Assembly: GCA_051313645.2 (NCBI GenBank)
Contig: JBNRSN020000022.1
Location: 13,020,001-13,084,000, forward strand
Reading direction: 5' to 3'
DNA length: 64,000 nucleotides
DNA from: Centroscyllium fabricii
Lineage: Eukaryota
Under the pieces are notes generated by a model. It had not been told where the DNA came from. It searched no databases and saw nothing but the letters and a program-made list of their open reading frames with translations. The translations under genes were made by a program, and so were the position numbers. Position 1 is the first letter of the stretch; the number at the start of each line of letters is the position of its first letter. Positions 50,531 to 62,199 of this stretch are shown here, piece by piece.

Positions 50531-51067
50531 TCTGGCAAGCTTTAAACAATATTAGCACAAGGGATATTCAGTTTAAGTGAGTCAGAAATATTTTAAGATA
50601 CTATAGACAATTTGCCTACAAAACAACAGTACACTTCAAAAGAACATTGTTGGCTGTGAAATGCTTTGGGACATGAAGGGTGTGAAAAGTGCTACATAAA
50701 TTCAACTTATTTCTTTCTTGACTGGAGGAACAGAAACATAATACCTACAAGACAAAGGATAAGGGGTAAGCCATTTAGAACAGAGATGAGGAGGAATTTC
50801 TTCACCCAGAGAGTGGTGAACCTGTGGAATTCTCTACCACAGAATGTAGTTGAGGCCAATTCATTAAATATATTCAAGAAGGAGTTAGATAGAAGGCTAA
50901 AGGGATCAAGGGATATGGGGAGAAAGCAGGGACAGGGTACTGAATTTGGATGATCAGCCATGATCTCATTAAATGGTCATAATGCGGAGGTGCCGGTGTT
51001 GGACTGGGGTGGACAAATGCAAAAAGTCACACAACACCAGGTTTAAAGTCCAACGGTTTATTTTAAA

Positions 51068-51105
51068 TCACAAGCTTTCGGAGCTTTTGCCCCTTCGTCA
51101 GGTGA
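51068..51105 (-). ncRNA. Minimal type I hammerhead ribozyme motif
   Basis: Reverse complement tcac-CTGACGA-a-ggggc aaaa gctcc-GAAA-gc-TT-gtga. Confidence 0.72.
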
Positions 51106-51626
51106 AAGAGAAACTAAAGTCAAAGATCACACACATGGGGGAGGGGAGAAATTTGATCCCATACATCCAACCCTAGAGCACACAAGCATATTAGCATACC
51201 TTAACACCTCAGTCTGCGAACAATGGGGCACAATTGCAAAACACAGTGATTTTTTTCCCCCTTCTTTAAAGCAAAAAAGACACATCAAAAGGGTGCAGTC
51301 ACAGGGCCTAACGCTAGTCTGCTGTAAATCCCACAGAATTACTTTTTTTATATAAAAAAAAGCCGAAGATGGTTCGGGTCTGGACGACTCCACGCCAGGC
51401 GGGGTCACATGTAGCGTGACATAAACCCAATATCACGGTTGAGGCCGTGCTCATGGGTGCGGAACTTGGCAATCAGCCTCTGCTCGACGATTTTGCAATT
51501 GTGCCCCATTGTTCGCAGACTGAGGTGTTAAGGTATGCTAATATGCTTGTGTGCTCTAGGGTTGGATGTATGGGATCAAATTTCTCCCCTCCCCCATGTG
51601 TGTGATCTTTGACTTTAGTTTCTCTT

Positions 51627-51664
51627 TCACCTGACGAAGGGGCAAAAGCTCCGAAAGCTTGTGA
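51627..51664 (+). ncRNA. Minimal type I hammerhead ribozyme motif (inverted copy)
   Basis: tcac-CTGACGA-a-ggggc aaaa gctcc-GAAA-gc-TT-gtga. Confidence 0.72.
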
Positions 51665-52244
51665 TTTAAAATAAAACGTTGGACTTTAAACCTGTTCATT
51701 AAATGGTGGAACAGGCTCCACAGGCCAAATGGCCGACTCCCCCGCCAAATAATTGTCTTGTGGAAAACACAACTATTTACTGAGAGCAGTGTTTTCATTA
51801 GAGATCTGCTTCAATGCAGGGAAATTACAAGGCAGAGAGTGGACAGAAATCTTCCTCATGGTTTGGCACGGCCGGGTTTGTTCTTAACTACAGGAAGCAT
51901 AAGAACTGTTGGCACAAACAAGGCAGCTGGTGGTTTGTGTGTAAGAAATCGCTGCTGGCCAATACATCATCTGGAAATTAATTGGTTTTGTAAAAATAAC
52001 ATTTGGCTTTTTAAAGGAGTGAGTAATCTGGTTTATTTTGTAAAAAGTTGTTTGTGCTGCCTTTCCAGCAGCAGCCATGAAGAGCACGACAACTAGAAAG
52101 TTTGCAGATCCCGCACAGCTCTGTGTTAATCTGGCTGCCCTTTCGGTCTGTACTACCTGAAGAGCAGGGGGAGTTCTCCCCGGTGTCCTGGCCAATAGTG
52201 ATCACTCAAGCAATATCACAAACAGATCATCTGGTCATTATTCA

Positions 52245-53575
52245 GAAAATAGAAACACATGCTATTAAAGGGACAGTGATAACTTGGGTACATAATTGGC
52301 TAAGGGACAGAAGGGAGAGAGAAGTGGTCAACGGATGTTATTCTGACTGGAGAGATTTATGGAGAGGGGTCCCCCAGGGGTCAGTGTTAGGACCATTCAT
52401 AGAAATGTATGGCACAGGACACCATTCGGCCCATTTCATTTATTGTTATACAGGTTGGGCACCGGTAATCCAGCACCCAATGGCTCGACACCTTCAGTGG
52501 TCCAGCACGAAATCAAAGTGGCGGTTTTCAGTATGCCGAGCAGCCGCTCGGCAACGCCAGGGATTCCTGCGGTTTGGTTTGCTGGTATTTTAGGTGTTCT
52601 ATCCCCGGGCTCCCTCCCGGGGAGTGCTCTACCGCACGCTCGGGCCCTGTGGAGTGCTCTACCCGCGAGCTCCGTCCGGCATCTTCAGTGGTCCTTGGAC
52701 TGTCTGGACTGTTCTACCCACGCACTCCGGGCCCCGGGGAGTGTTCTACCCGTGCGCTCTCCAAAACTTCAGTGGTTCGGAATTTTCAATGGTCCGGCAC
52801 CGGCCTGGTCCCAAGGGTGCCGGAGCTCAACCTGTATATAAATGACCTGGACTGGAGTGTAGGGAGTACAATTATAAAGTTTGCAGATGATACAAAGCTT
52901 GATCACGTACTAACTAGTGAGCAGGATAGTAGCAGACTTTAGGAGCACTTAGACTGGTGAAATGGCAGATGCGATTTAATGCTGAAAATTGTAAAGTGAC
53001 TCACTTTGGGAGAAGCAACATGGAGGCAGAGTATAATCCAAATGGTACAAAATGTGAGGGGTGTGCAAGAAGAGAGCAACCTGGGGATGCATATTCACAA
53101 ATGTTTGAAGGTGGCAGGTCAAGTTAAGAAAGTGTATGGGGCACTTGGCTTTGTAACTAGGGGCACTGAAAACAGAAACAAGGAAATTACACTAGACCTT
53201 TACAAATCTCTGGTACTATTCTGAGCATCACTTTAGGAAGGATGTCAAGGCCCTGGAAAGGGTACACTGGAGGTTTAGCAGGATGATGCCAGGGATGTGG
53301 GACTTCAATTATGTGGCAAGATCGGAGAAACTGGGATTGTTCCCTTGGAACAAAGAAGGTTAAGGGGGTATGCAAAATTATGAGTTGTTTCGGTAGAGCA
53401 AGTGGGGGGAAACTGTCCTCTGGCAAGAGGTTGGTAACCAGAGGTCATAGATTTAAAATAATTGGCAAAACAACTAGAGGGGAAAGGAGGCAAAATTGAA
53501 TATCCAGAATGCACTACTCGAAAGGGTGGTGCAATCAGATTCCAAACTAACTCCATCACCTCCACAACCGGAATG
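52245..53575 (+). mobile_element. Degenerate CR1-like fragment
   Basis: GVPQGSVLGP, YINDLD and KFADDTKL motifs. Confidence 0.8.
52451..52834. mobile_element. pogo/Tigger-like MITE, copy G
   Basis: ta|caggttgggcaccggtaatcc ... gctcaacctg|ta; homologous to copy B. Confidence 0.82.
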
Positions 53576-53579
53576 GACG

Positions 53580-54205
53580 AACACACACACCCCACCGCCA
53601 CACCCACGCACGCCCCACACACTCCACCGCCACACCCAACCGCCACACACACACACCCCACCGCCCCACACACACACACCCCACCGCCCCACACACACAC
53701 ACCCCACCGCCACACACACACACACCCCACCGCCACACACACACACACCCCACCGCCCCACACACACACACCCCACCGCCCCACACACACACACCCCACC
53801 GCCCCACACACACACACCCCACCGCCCCACACACACACACCCCACCGCCCCACACACACACACCCCACCGCCCCACACACACACCCCACCGCCCCACACA
53901 CACACCCCACCGCCCCACACACACACACCCCACCGCCCCACACACACACACCCCACCGCCACACACACACCCCACCGCCACACACACACCCCACCGCCAC
54001 ACACACACCCCACCGCCACACACACCCCACCGCCACACACACACCCCACCGCCACACACACACCCCACCGCCACACACACACCCCACCGCCACACACACA
54101 CCCCACCGCCACACACACACCCCACCGCCACACACACACCCCACCGCCACACACACACTCCACCGCCACACACACACTCCACCGCCACACACACACCACC
54201 GCCAC
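53580..54205. repeat. Compound satellite [ccccaccgcc(cc)(ac)n]
   Basis: Read directly; about 30 units of 17-24 bp. It explains the H/T/P-rich and G/V/C-rich ORFs. Confidence 0.95.
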
Positions 54206-56515
54206 AAGAACATAAGAAATAGCAGCAGGAGTCGGCCATTCGGCCCTTCAAGCCTGCTCTGCTATTCAATGCGATCATGGCTGATCTTCTGCCTCAACTC
54301 CATTCACCAGCCCTATCGCTATATCCCTTGATGACCTTACTAGTCATAAATCTATCGACTTCTGTTTTGAATAAACTCAATGACTGAGCCTCCACAGCCC
54401 TCTGGGGTAGAGAATTCCAAAGATTCACCTCCCTCTGAGTGAAGAAATTTCTTCTCATCTCAGTCCTGAATGGCCTACCCTTTATCCTGAGGCTGTGGCC
54501 CCTGGTTCTAGGCTCCCCAGACAAGGGAAACATTCTCCCAGCATCCATCCCATCAAGCCCTGTAATCATTTTGTATGCTTCAATGAGATCACCTCTCATT
54601 CTTCTGAATTCAAGAGATACAGGCCTAGTTTACTCAATCTCGTCTCATACGACAGTCCCGCCATCCCAAAAATCAATCTGGTGAACCTTCATTGCACTCT
54701 CGCGATGGCAAGTATATCCTTCCTTAGGTAAGGAGATCAAAATTGTACACAGTACTCCAGGTGTGGTCTCACCAAGGCCCCATATAATTGGAGTAATGCT
54801 TCTTTACTCCTGTATTCAAATCCTCTTGTAATGAAGGCCAGCATACAATTTGCCTTCCTAATGGCTTGCTGCACCTGCACATTCACTTTCAGTGACTAAT
54901 GTACAAGAACACCCAGATCCCTTTGAGCATCTGCATTCCCCAATCTTTCACCATTTAGGAAATACTCTGCCTTTCTGTTTTTTCTACCAAAGTGGATAAC
55001 TTAATATTATCTACATTATATTCCATCTGCCATGTTCTCGCCCACTCACTGAGCCGGTCAAGGTCCCCTTGAAGCCTCTTCACATCCTCTTCACACTGAC
55101 ACTGCCACCTAGCTTTGTATCATCAGCAAATTTGGAAATGTTACATTTATTCCCCTCATCCAAATCATTGATATTGATTGTTAAATCCTGGGACCCAAGC
55201 ACGGATCCTTGTGGTACCCCACTAGTCACAGCCTGCCATCCGGAAGAAAATCCGTTTATCCCTACTCTGTTTTCTGTCTGTTAACCAATTCTCAATCCAT
55301 GCTAGTACAGGTTGAGCACCGTTAATCCGTTAACCGAAAAACCATCAGCTTCAGTCGTCCGGCACAGATTTTCCCGACTGCCCGGCGCTTGCGCAGACAA
55401 TTCAAAATAGCCACCGTCGGGGCTGGGCTCCCTTTCACCTAACACTCACTGGATCCCGGCTTAGTGACCACCCCGATGCCGATGGTGAATCCCAGGCCCA
55501 GAAGATGAGCTGTTGTGCCAGCCACCTTTCACAGGACGTGGTACAGCCAAAACTCGGCCTGGCTGCATGCTGATGTCACCGCGTTCCGAAGCTGGCGTGC
55601 AGTGGCGTCACATGAGCCAGGCTTGAGCTGCGCATTGGGCCTCAGGCCCGCTGGAGCCGCAGCCCGCTCCCTGATCCGCCATGGGCAGCAGAATCGAGTG
55701 CGGTTTTTCAGCGAGTTCCACCCGACCCGTGGGCCGAAAATCACCTTCCAGGTACTGGCGAGCGCATGCGCAGAGCATTCAAAATTTCGCTGTGGCCATT
55801 TTGAATGCTCTGCGTATGCGCCGCCGAAGCTTCAATCATTCAGCGTTTTCAAAAATTCAGCAGGGTGCTGGTCCTGAGCTTGCCGGATTAACGGTGTTCA
55901 ACCTGTATATTACCCCCAATTCCATGTGCCCTAATTTTGTTCACCAACCTCTTGTGTGGGACCTTATCGAAGGCCTTCTGAAAATCCAGATACACCACAT
56001 CTACCGGTTCCCCGTTGTCGACTCCACTAGTTACATCCTCAAAGAACTCCGATAGGTTTGTCAAACAGGACTTCCCTTTCATAAATCCATGTTGACTCTG
56101 TCCAGTCTTACTATTAGTTTCCAAGTGCCCAGTTATTGCATCCTTTATAATAGATTCCAGCATTTTCCCAACTACTGATGAGGCTAACAGGTCGGTAGTT
56201 CCCCATTTTCTCTCCCTCCTTTCTTAAATAGCAGGGTTATATTTACTATCCTCCAATCTGCAGGAACCGTTATCTATAGAATTTTGGAAGATGCCAACCA
56301 ATTATCCCAATGGCCACTACTTTCAAAGCCCTAGGATGAGGTCATCCGATCCTTGGGATTTATCGACTTTTAGTCCCATTAATTTTGCTTGTACTGTTTG
56401 TTGCACGAATAATAATTTCTTTAAAGTTCCTCATTCTCCCCACACCCTTGGTTTTCTTGTATTTCTGGGAGGTTTTTTGTGTCTTCCTCCGTGAAGACAG
56501 AAACAAAATATTTAT
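54206..56515 (-). mobile_element. CR1/HER1-like LINE fragment
   Basis: RGDLIEAYK..FFTQREVNLWNSLPQ; QHGFMKGKSCLTNL..LDFQKAFDKVPH. Confidence 0.92.
55308..55905. mobile_element. pogo/Tigger-like MITE, copy H
   Basis: Clean insertion into CR1 (ccatgctagTA|...|TAtattaccccc) shows the TA duplication; full TIRs. Confidence 0.9.
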
Positions 56516-57115
56516 ATAATTTAACTGGGACACACACACGCAGTCCACCACCTCCACAGCTGGGGCAGGGGTGCATGCGCACACACACACAGCCGTGTAC
56601 CTGCCCCCTTTCTCTCCCCCAATCTCAGCTGCTCTTGCACGTCTTCTTTCTCTCCTGTTCTCGTTCTTCTCTGCTCCGTTTGATGCATCTCCCTGCACAT
56701 TATATTTTTTTCCTTCTCTCTTTTCAGCCCTTCGGCAGCTCCCTTTATCCTGGTTTTTTTCTCTGCAGACATTCCCATTCTTGATTTCCGATGCTGCAAC
56801 ATACACACACACGGTCTCGCTGCTGACCCACTTAGCTCCTACCACAACCGCCCCTCCCTCAGCTTCATCTTTCCCCACACTAAAAGAAGCACTTGCTACT
56901 CAACCTGGCATTAAGAACCAGCTCGTATCAGATCGTTCCAGCTCACTTTAACCCTTCAGATTAGTGAGAATCAAGATGTCTGTGAATGACCCACTCAGGA
57001 AGAACATGGGAACAAGAGGAGGCCATTCAGCCCCTTGAGCCTGTTCTGCTACGCAATTAGATCATTGTAAGAAGTCACACAACACTAGGTTATAGTCCAA
57101 CAGTTTTATTTGAAA

Positions 57116-57152
57116 TCACAAGCTTTCGGAGCGCTGCTCCTTCATCAGGTGA
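57116..57152 (-). ncRNA. Minimal type I hammerhead ribozyme motif
   Basis: Reverse complement tcac-CTGATGA-a-ggagc agc gctcc-GAAA-gc-TT-gtga. Confidence 0.72.
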
Positions 57153-57169
57153 ATGAAGAGATTCATTTA

Positions 57170-57784
57170 NNNNNNNNNNNNNNNNNNNNNNNNNNNNNNN
57201 NNNNNNNNNNNNNNNNNNNNNNNNNNNNNNNNNNNNNNNNNNNNNNNNNNNNNNNNNNNNNNNNNNNNNNNNNNNNNNNNNNNNNNNNNNNNNNNNNNNN
57301 NNNNNNNNNNNNNNNNNNNNNNNNNNNNNNNNNNNNNNNNNNNNNNNNNNNNNNNNNNNNNNNNNNNNNNNNNNNNNNNNNNNNNNNNNNNNNNNNNNNN
57401 NNNNNNNNNNNNNNNNNNNNNNNNNNNNNNNNNNNNNNNNNNNNNNNNNNNNNNNNNNNNNNNNNNNNNNNNNNNNNNNNNNNNNNNNNNNNNNNNNNNN
57501 NNNNNNNNNNNNNNNNNNNNNNNNNNNNNNNNNNNNNNNNNNNNNNNNNNNNNNNNNNNNNNNNNNNNNNNNNNNNNNNNNNNNNNNNNNNNNNNNNNNN
57601 NNNNNNNNNNNNNNNNNNNNNNNNNNNNNNNNNNNNNNNNNNNNNNNNNNNNNNNNNNNNNNNNNNNNNNNNNNNNNNNNNNNNNNNNNNNNNNNNNNNN
57701 NNNNNNNNNNNNNNNNNNNNNNNNNNNNNNNNNNNNNNNNNNNNNNNNNNNNNNNNNNNNNNNNNNNNNNNNNNNNNNNNNNNN
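57170..57784. other. Assembly gap (615 N)
   Basis: Run of N. Confidence 1.
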
Positions 57785-58157
57785 AGGGTCAAATGTTGCA
57801 GTCTGGTGTGCGAGTGAAAACCCACAGAATCATTAAAAAAAAAAAAAAAAAGATTTTTCTGACTGGAAATCGCAGCCGCATCAGCGTAGTGAGAACATGC
57901 CAAAGACGACTCGAGTCTGGATGACTCTAAGTCAGGCGGGGTCACATGTAGCGCGACATGAAGCCAATGTCACGGTTGAGGCCGTCCTCATGGGTGTGGA
58001 ACTTGGCTATCAGCCTCTGCTCGACGATTTTGTGTTGTCGTGTGTCTTCGAGACACACGACAACACAAAATCATCGAGCAGAGGCTGAGACCATGGCTGA
58101 CCTGTGACCCAACACCATTTACTCACCTTTGCCCCATATCCCTTACCACCTTTGGTT

Positions 58158-58544
58158 AACATAGAAACATAGAAACTAGGAGCAGGAGTAGGCCATTCGG
58201 CCCTTCGAGCCTGCTCCGCCATTCAACGAGATCATGGCTGATCATCCAAACCCAGCACCCCGCCCCTGCCCTCTCCCCATATCCCTCGATCCCTATCGAG
58301 CCTGCATCGACACATATCCCACCCTATCCCCGTAACCCCACATATTCAATCACCCTGACACTAAGGGTTAATTTATCCTGGCAAATCAACCTAACCCGCA
58401 CATCTTTGGACTGTGGGAGGAAACCGGAGCAGACACGGGAAGAATGTGCAAACTCCACACAGATAGTCACCCGAGGCTGGATTTGAACCCGGGTCTCCAG
58501 TGCTGTGAGACAACAGTGCTAACCACTGTGCCACCGTGCCGCCC
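58158..58544 (-). mobile_element. Full-length HE1/V-SINE, tail type 2
   Basis: Reverse tRNA head, V-domain and CR1-type tail. Confidence 0.88.
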
Positions 58545-58714
58545 AAAATCTAACAACAGAAATCTATCAATCTGAGATTTAAAATTGACAATTGATCTAT
58601 CGTCAATTGTCGTTTGCGGAAAAGAATTCCAAACTTCTACCACCCTTTATGTGTTAGTGTTTCCTAACCACTCCGGAAAGGCCCGACTCTAATTTTTAGG
58701 CTGTGCCCCTAATG

Positions 58715-59914
58715 TAGGGGTTCTCAAACTGGGGGACAGCGAGAAGATTTCAAGGGGTCTGCAAAGGATGGGTGAGGGTGGTTTAGGAGGCAGAGAAGGA
58801 GCAGTCACCGTCCCCGGGCCATTTGGAAAGGCTCCACTCATTGGATGGAGATGGCTTCCTCCCCTGCAACAGCGGCGCCGCCTCAGCCTGGGCTTCTAAC
58901 CACAATGCAATGCTGACACGGAGCCACACAGTAGGGGCCGGCCAGCTCTACAGCTCCCTCCCTGTAGATCACAAGCACCCTCCCCGGATGTTGAGGGCTG
59001 TGGTAAACCATTTACCATGTACATAGTTACCTCCTGTCCACCAGGGGTCCACCTGGTATAATACTGTATTGTATATAGTTACCTCTTGTTCGCTTGGGAT
59101 CTACCTGGGATGCCTCAGCTGGCTCCGCCTCCTGGCTCCACCCACAGACTGAGGTATAAAGGTGGCATTCCAGGACCAGATAGCGATAAGACCTGTACTC
59201 CAGTTATTTGTTAATAAAAGCCTCAATTGCTTTACTTCATTGACTCGCAGTGATTGATTGTGCATCAAGGGGAAGCAGCACTGCTGGGCCATCAACAGCG
59301 TCCCTCCTGCTGTGGCTGGCAGCAGAGAGAATTAAAAACAGAATGGGCTTCCAGTGAAATTAAGCTTATTTTGAAATTAAAATGACAATATTGCAGTTTT
59401 AAATATAAACTGGCCTGGTGTGGAAACCCGCCCTGAGCCTAAATAGAAGAGGGGAGGGGCTGAAAGGTCCGACCTTCCCTTTTACAGACAGTAACGCTGT
59501 CCAATCAGAACGCGCATCACTTTGTGATGACGCCGAGGTGTGCTGGGAGCAATTGAGCACCTGGCAGGTGCTGCTGTCGTACGATGTCTGGGATAAGTTA
59601 AAACATTGGCCACACTGGAGCTCTCATGAACCCTTCATGTTCGGTCACAAGGGCAAGGCAGCAATGCTTCAGGCAGCACAGGTATTGCCAGAAAAACAAA
59701 TGGTGCTTGGCACTCAGCCCGTTTTCCAGGGCGCTCTCCGATCCAGCAGGTTTATTTTGGGCTAGTTGAGTTGGGTTTTTTTAAATGCAGAAAAAATACT
59801 TGTGTTGTGTTCCAGGGGTCCGTGGAATTTTTGTTACAAAATTTAGAAAACGATGGGATGATTTGATCTTTTTGCTTCTGAAGGCTTCAGAAGCAAAAAG
59901 ATTGAGAACCCCTG
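58715..59914. mobile_element. hAT (Charlie-like) non-autonomous element
   Basis: TIR taggggttctcaa ... ttgagaacccctg; degenerate 8-bp flanks. Confidence 0.7.
58999..59267 (+). mobile_element. Solo LTR (Gypsy-like)
   Basis: TG...CA ends, internal tataaa and aataaa, 5-bp TSD agggc/agggg. Confidence 0.7.
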
Positions 59915-60319
59915 CCCGAGTCTCCCCAACCAGCGGAAACAGTTTCTCTCCATCTACCCTCAGTTCCCCTTAATATTTTGAAAACTTTGATCAAATCATC
60001 CCATCGTTTTCTAAATTCCAGGGACTATAACCCTAGTTTGTGTAATCTCTCCTCGTAATTTAACCTTTGAAGTCCGGGTATCATTCTGGTAAACCTACGC
60101 TGCACTCCCTCCAAGGCCAATATATCCTTCCTGAGGTGTGGTGCCCAGAACTGCTCACCATGCTCCAGGGGTGGTCTGACCAGGGTTTTCTGCAGCATAA
60201 TCTATCCTAATCGTCTCGTCCAGCATGCTCTAGTGCAGCCTTTTTGATTATATTCTGTACCTGTCCAAGATTTTTTAACAATCTATGTAGCTGGACCCTA
60301 AAGTGCCTTTGGACCTTGA

Positions 60320-61035
60320 GGGGGAAAAATTGGGTTGCGCCCCGTTTGGGGCACTAACCTTGGAAATCAGCCCCGAAAAGGTTAGCACGCGCCGTCGTAA
60401 ATTGGGTTTTAGCGCCCCAGTAGGAGGTGGGGCGCTACTGCAGGCGTCCCACCTCGTTCCTTGAGCGGAACAACTGAAGTTCGGGGCACTGTCTGTCGCT
60501 GCGCCATGCGCCGCGCCGCGGTACTGCAGGCATCCCTCCCCTTCTTAAAGGGGAGTGGCCTAGCGTGGCGCCTCGCTGAACCGCTGGGGATCGGAGTGCC
60601 GCCAAAGGAGCCCAGCACTCGAGGGAAGTGCCGGGCTTACGGTCACAGCCAGCACTCCTCGGGGGGAGCATCGGGGAAGGCCGGGGACAGCAGAGGGGGG
60701 CAGGTGTTGGCGGGCGGCCAGCAAGAAAAATGGCCGCCCGCCACCCCCCTCCCCTTAAATGGCGATGGCCCGGCTGCAAGTGCGCCCCCCTGACCCTGTC
60801 GGTGACGTCAGGGGGCGTGAGTGATGCTCGCGGCTGGGATGCAGGCAAGGCGCTGCGCATGGCGATGATATCATCGCCGGCGGCGCAGCGCATTAGGGCG
60901 CTACCAGCTGCCGCTGCTGCCAGCGCCCCGCTGAACGTAACGGGAGGCGCCAGCCCAGACGCTAGGTGCCTTGCGCCCCATTAGCAGCCCTCTTAGGGCA
61001 CTAACAGCTGGCACAAGCAACCCAATTTTTCCCCT
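60320..61035. mobile_element. GC-rich Harbinger-like MITE
   Basis: gggggaaaaattgggttgc ... gcaacccaatttttcccct inserted in CR1. Confidence 0.72.
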
Positions 61036-61144
61036 TCACTGTTTCTAGCTTTTCACCATTTAGAAAGTACCCTGATCTATCCTTTTTCGGTCCCAAGTGG
61101 ATGACCTCACACTTGCCTCTACTGAAATCCATTTGCCACAAGGA

Positions 61145-61632
61145 AAGAACGAATTTGCATTTATCAGGATGTCACAAAGCTTTTACACTAAATTAAGTAC
61201 TTTTGAAGTGCAGTCATCATTGTAATATAGGAAAACACAGCCGCCAATTTGCACAAAGCAAGGTCCCATAAGCAGCAATGAGATAAATGAGTAGCTTGTC
61301 TATATATATATATTTTTAAGCGCTTTTAGTTGACGAATAAATATTGGCCAAGGCACCATGAAGAATGCCCCTCCTCTTCTTCCAATGGTTCCGTGGAATC
61401 TTTACATCTACCCGAGGGGACAGATAGGGCCTCTGTTTAATGTCTCATCCGAAAGATGGCACCTCCGACAGTGCGCCCCCCCCACCCGGGCACTGCACTG
61501 GAGAGCGCCCCACCGCTGGCGCTACACTGGAGTGTCAACTTGGAAAATGTGCTCAAATCTCTGAGGTGGAGCTTGATCCCCTGACCTTGTGACGCAGGTG
61601 AGAGTGCTACCCACTGAGCCACAGCTGACACA
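61145..61632 (-). mobile_element. Deu-SINE-like SINE
   Basis: Reverse of 8486-8924 (actgagccacagctgacac head; gtctcatccgaaagatggcacctccgacagtgc). Confidence 0.72.
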
Positions 61633-61819
61633 CTCAGCCCCATTTCATTATCAGGCTGATAGTTTTAGTTTGACAAACAAAATACATTTATTTTTAATTT
61701 AAAGGAGTAAAACATCTCAGCATGAAACTGCTCAAGCTTCACTATGATCAAACCCCAGAAATGCATTATATTTTGCCTCGGTTTTAGCCATTTCCTCTGT
61801 TTATATAAAAGAAACCTAA

Positions 61820-62199
61820 GGGCGACCCCCAATCGGCAACTGATCAGAGAGCAGGGGGGCCGGGGGGGCCCTCCTCCCCAATGGCCGCTCAGGCCAACTC
61901 CCCCCATCAGCTGGCTGCTCGGACCGAAGAGGGAGGGTGGCCCTTTTAGCAATGCTGCAGCGGCCACTCAAGCCCGCTACAGCGCTTGCCGAAGCTGGCG
62001 CTGGCAGCGCGGGATGGACTAGCGCAAAAGCAAATTTTGGGCGCAGCCTGGCGGGCAGGCATTGCACACGCATTTCCACGAGGATTACTGATCACTAATT
62101 AGCGCGCTGGCGCTAATCACTGCCAATTTAGCGCTGGCACTAATTCGACGCCGGCCCATTAGCGACGATTTTCGGCGCTAAGGCGCCAATTTCGCGCCC
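61820..62199. mobile_element. Truncated Harbinger-like MITE (family of 14915-15610)
   Basis: Homologous to about 15240-15610; ends gccaatttcgcgccc. Confidence 0.7.

Larger units (their letters stand above)
50978..51695 (-). mobile_element. Penelope-like 3' fragment with inverted pLTR and 12-bp TSD
   Basis: TSD tcattaaatggt at 50966-50977 and 51696-51707; about 51037-51240 is inverted at about 51493-51694; inserted in a CR1 tail. Confidence 0.9.
57066..58087 (-). mobile_element. Penelope-like 3' fragment spanning the assembly gap and ending in a fold-back hairpin
   Basis: pLTR at 57066-57160, ORF 3' end at 57940-58047, flanks agatcat/agaccat in a CR1 tail. Confidence 0.8.
58088..61140 (-). 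mobile_element. CR1-like LINE fragment split by several nested insertions
   Basis: CR1 sequence resumes at about 58545, 59915 and 61036 after each insert. Confidence 0.8.

Noticed and set aside
53305-54331. His/Thr/Pro-rich and Gly/Val/Cys-rich ORFs of 239-302 aa
   Set aside because: Translations of the compound satellite.
57110-57945. ORFs of 227-260 aa
   Set aside because: Artefacts of the N gap.
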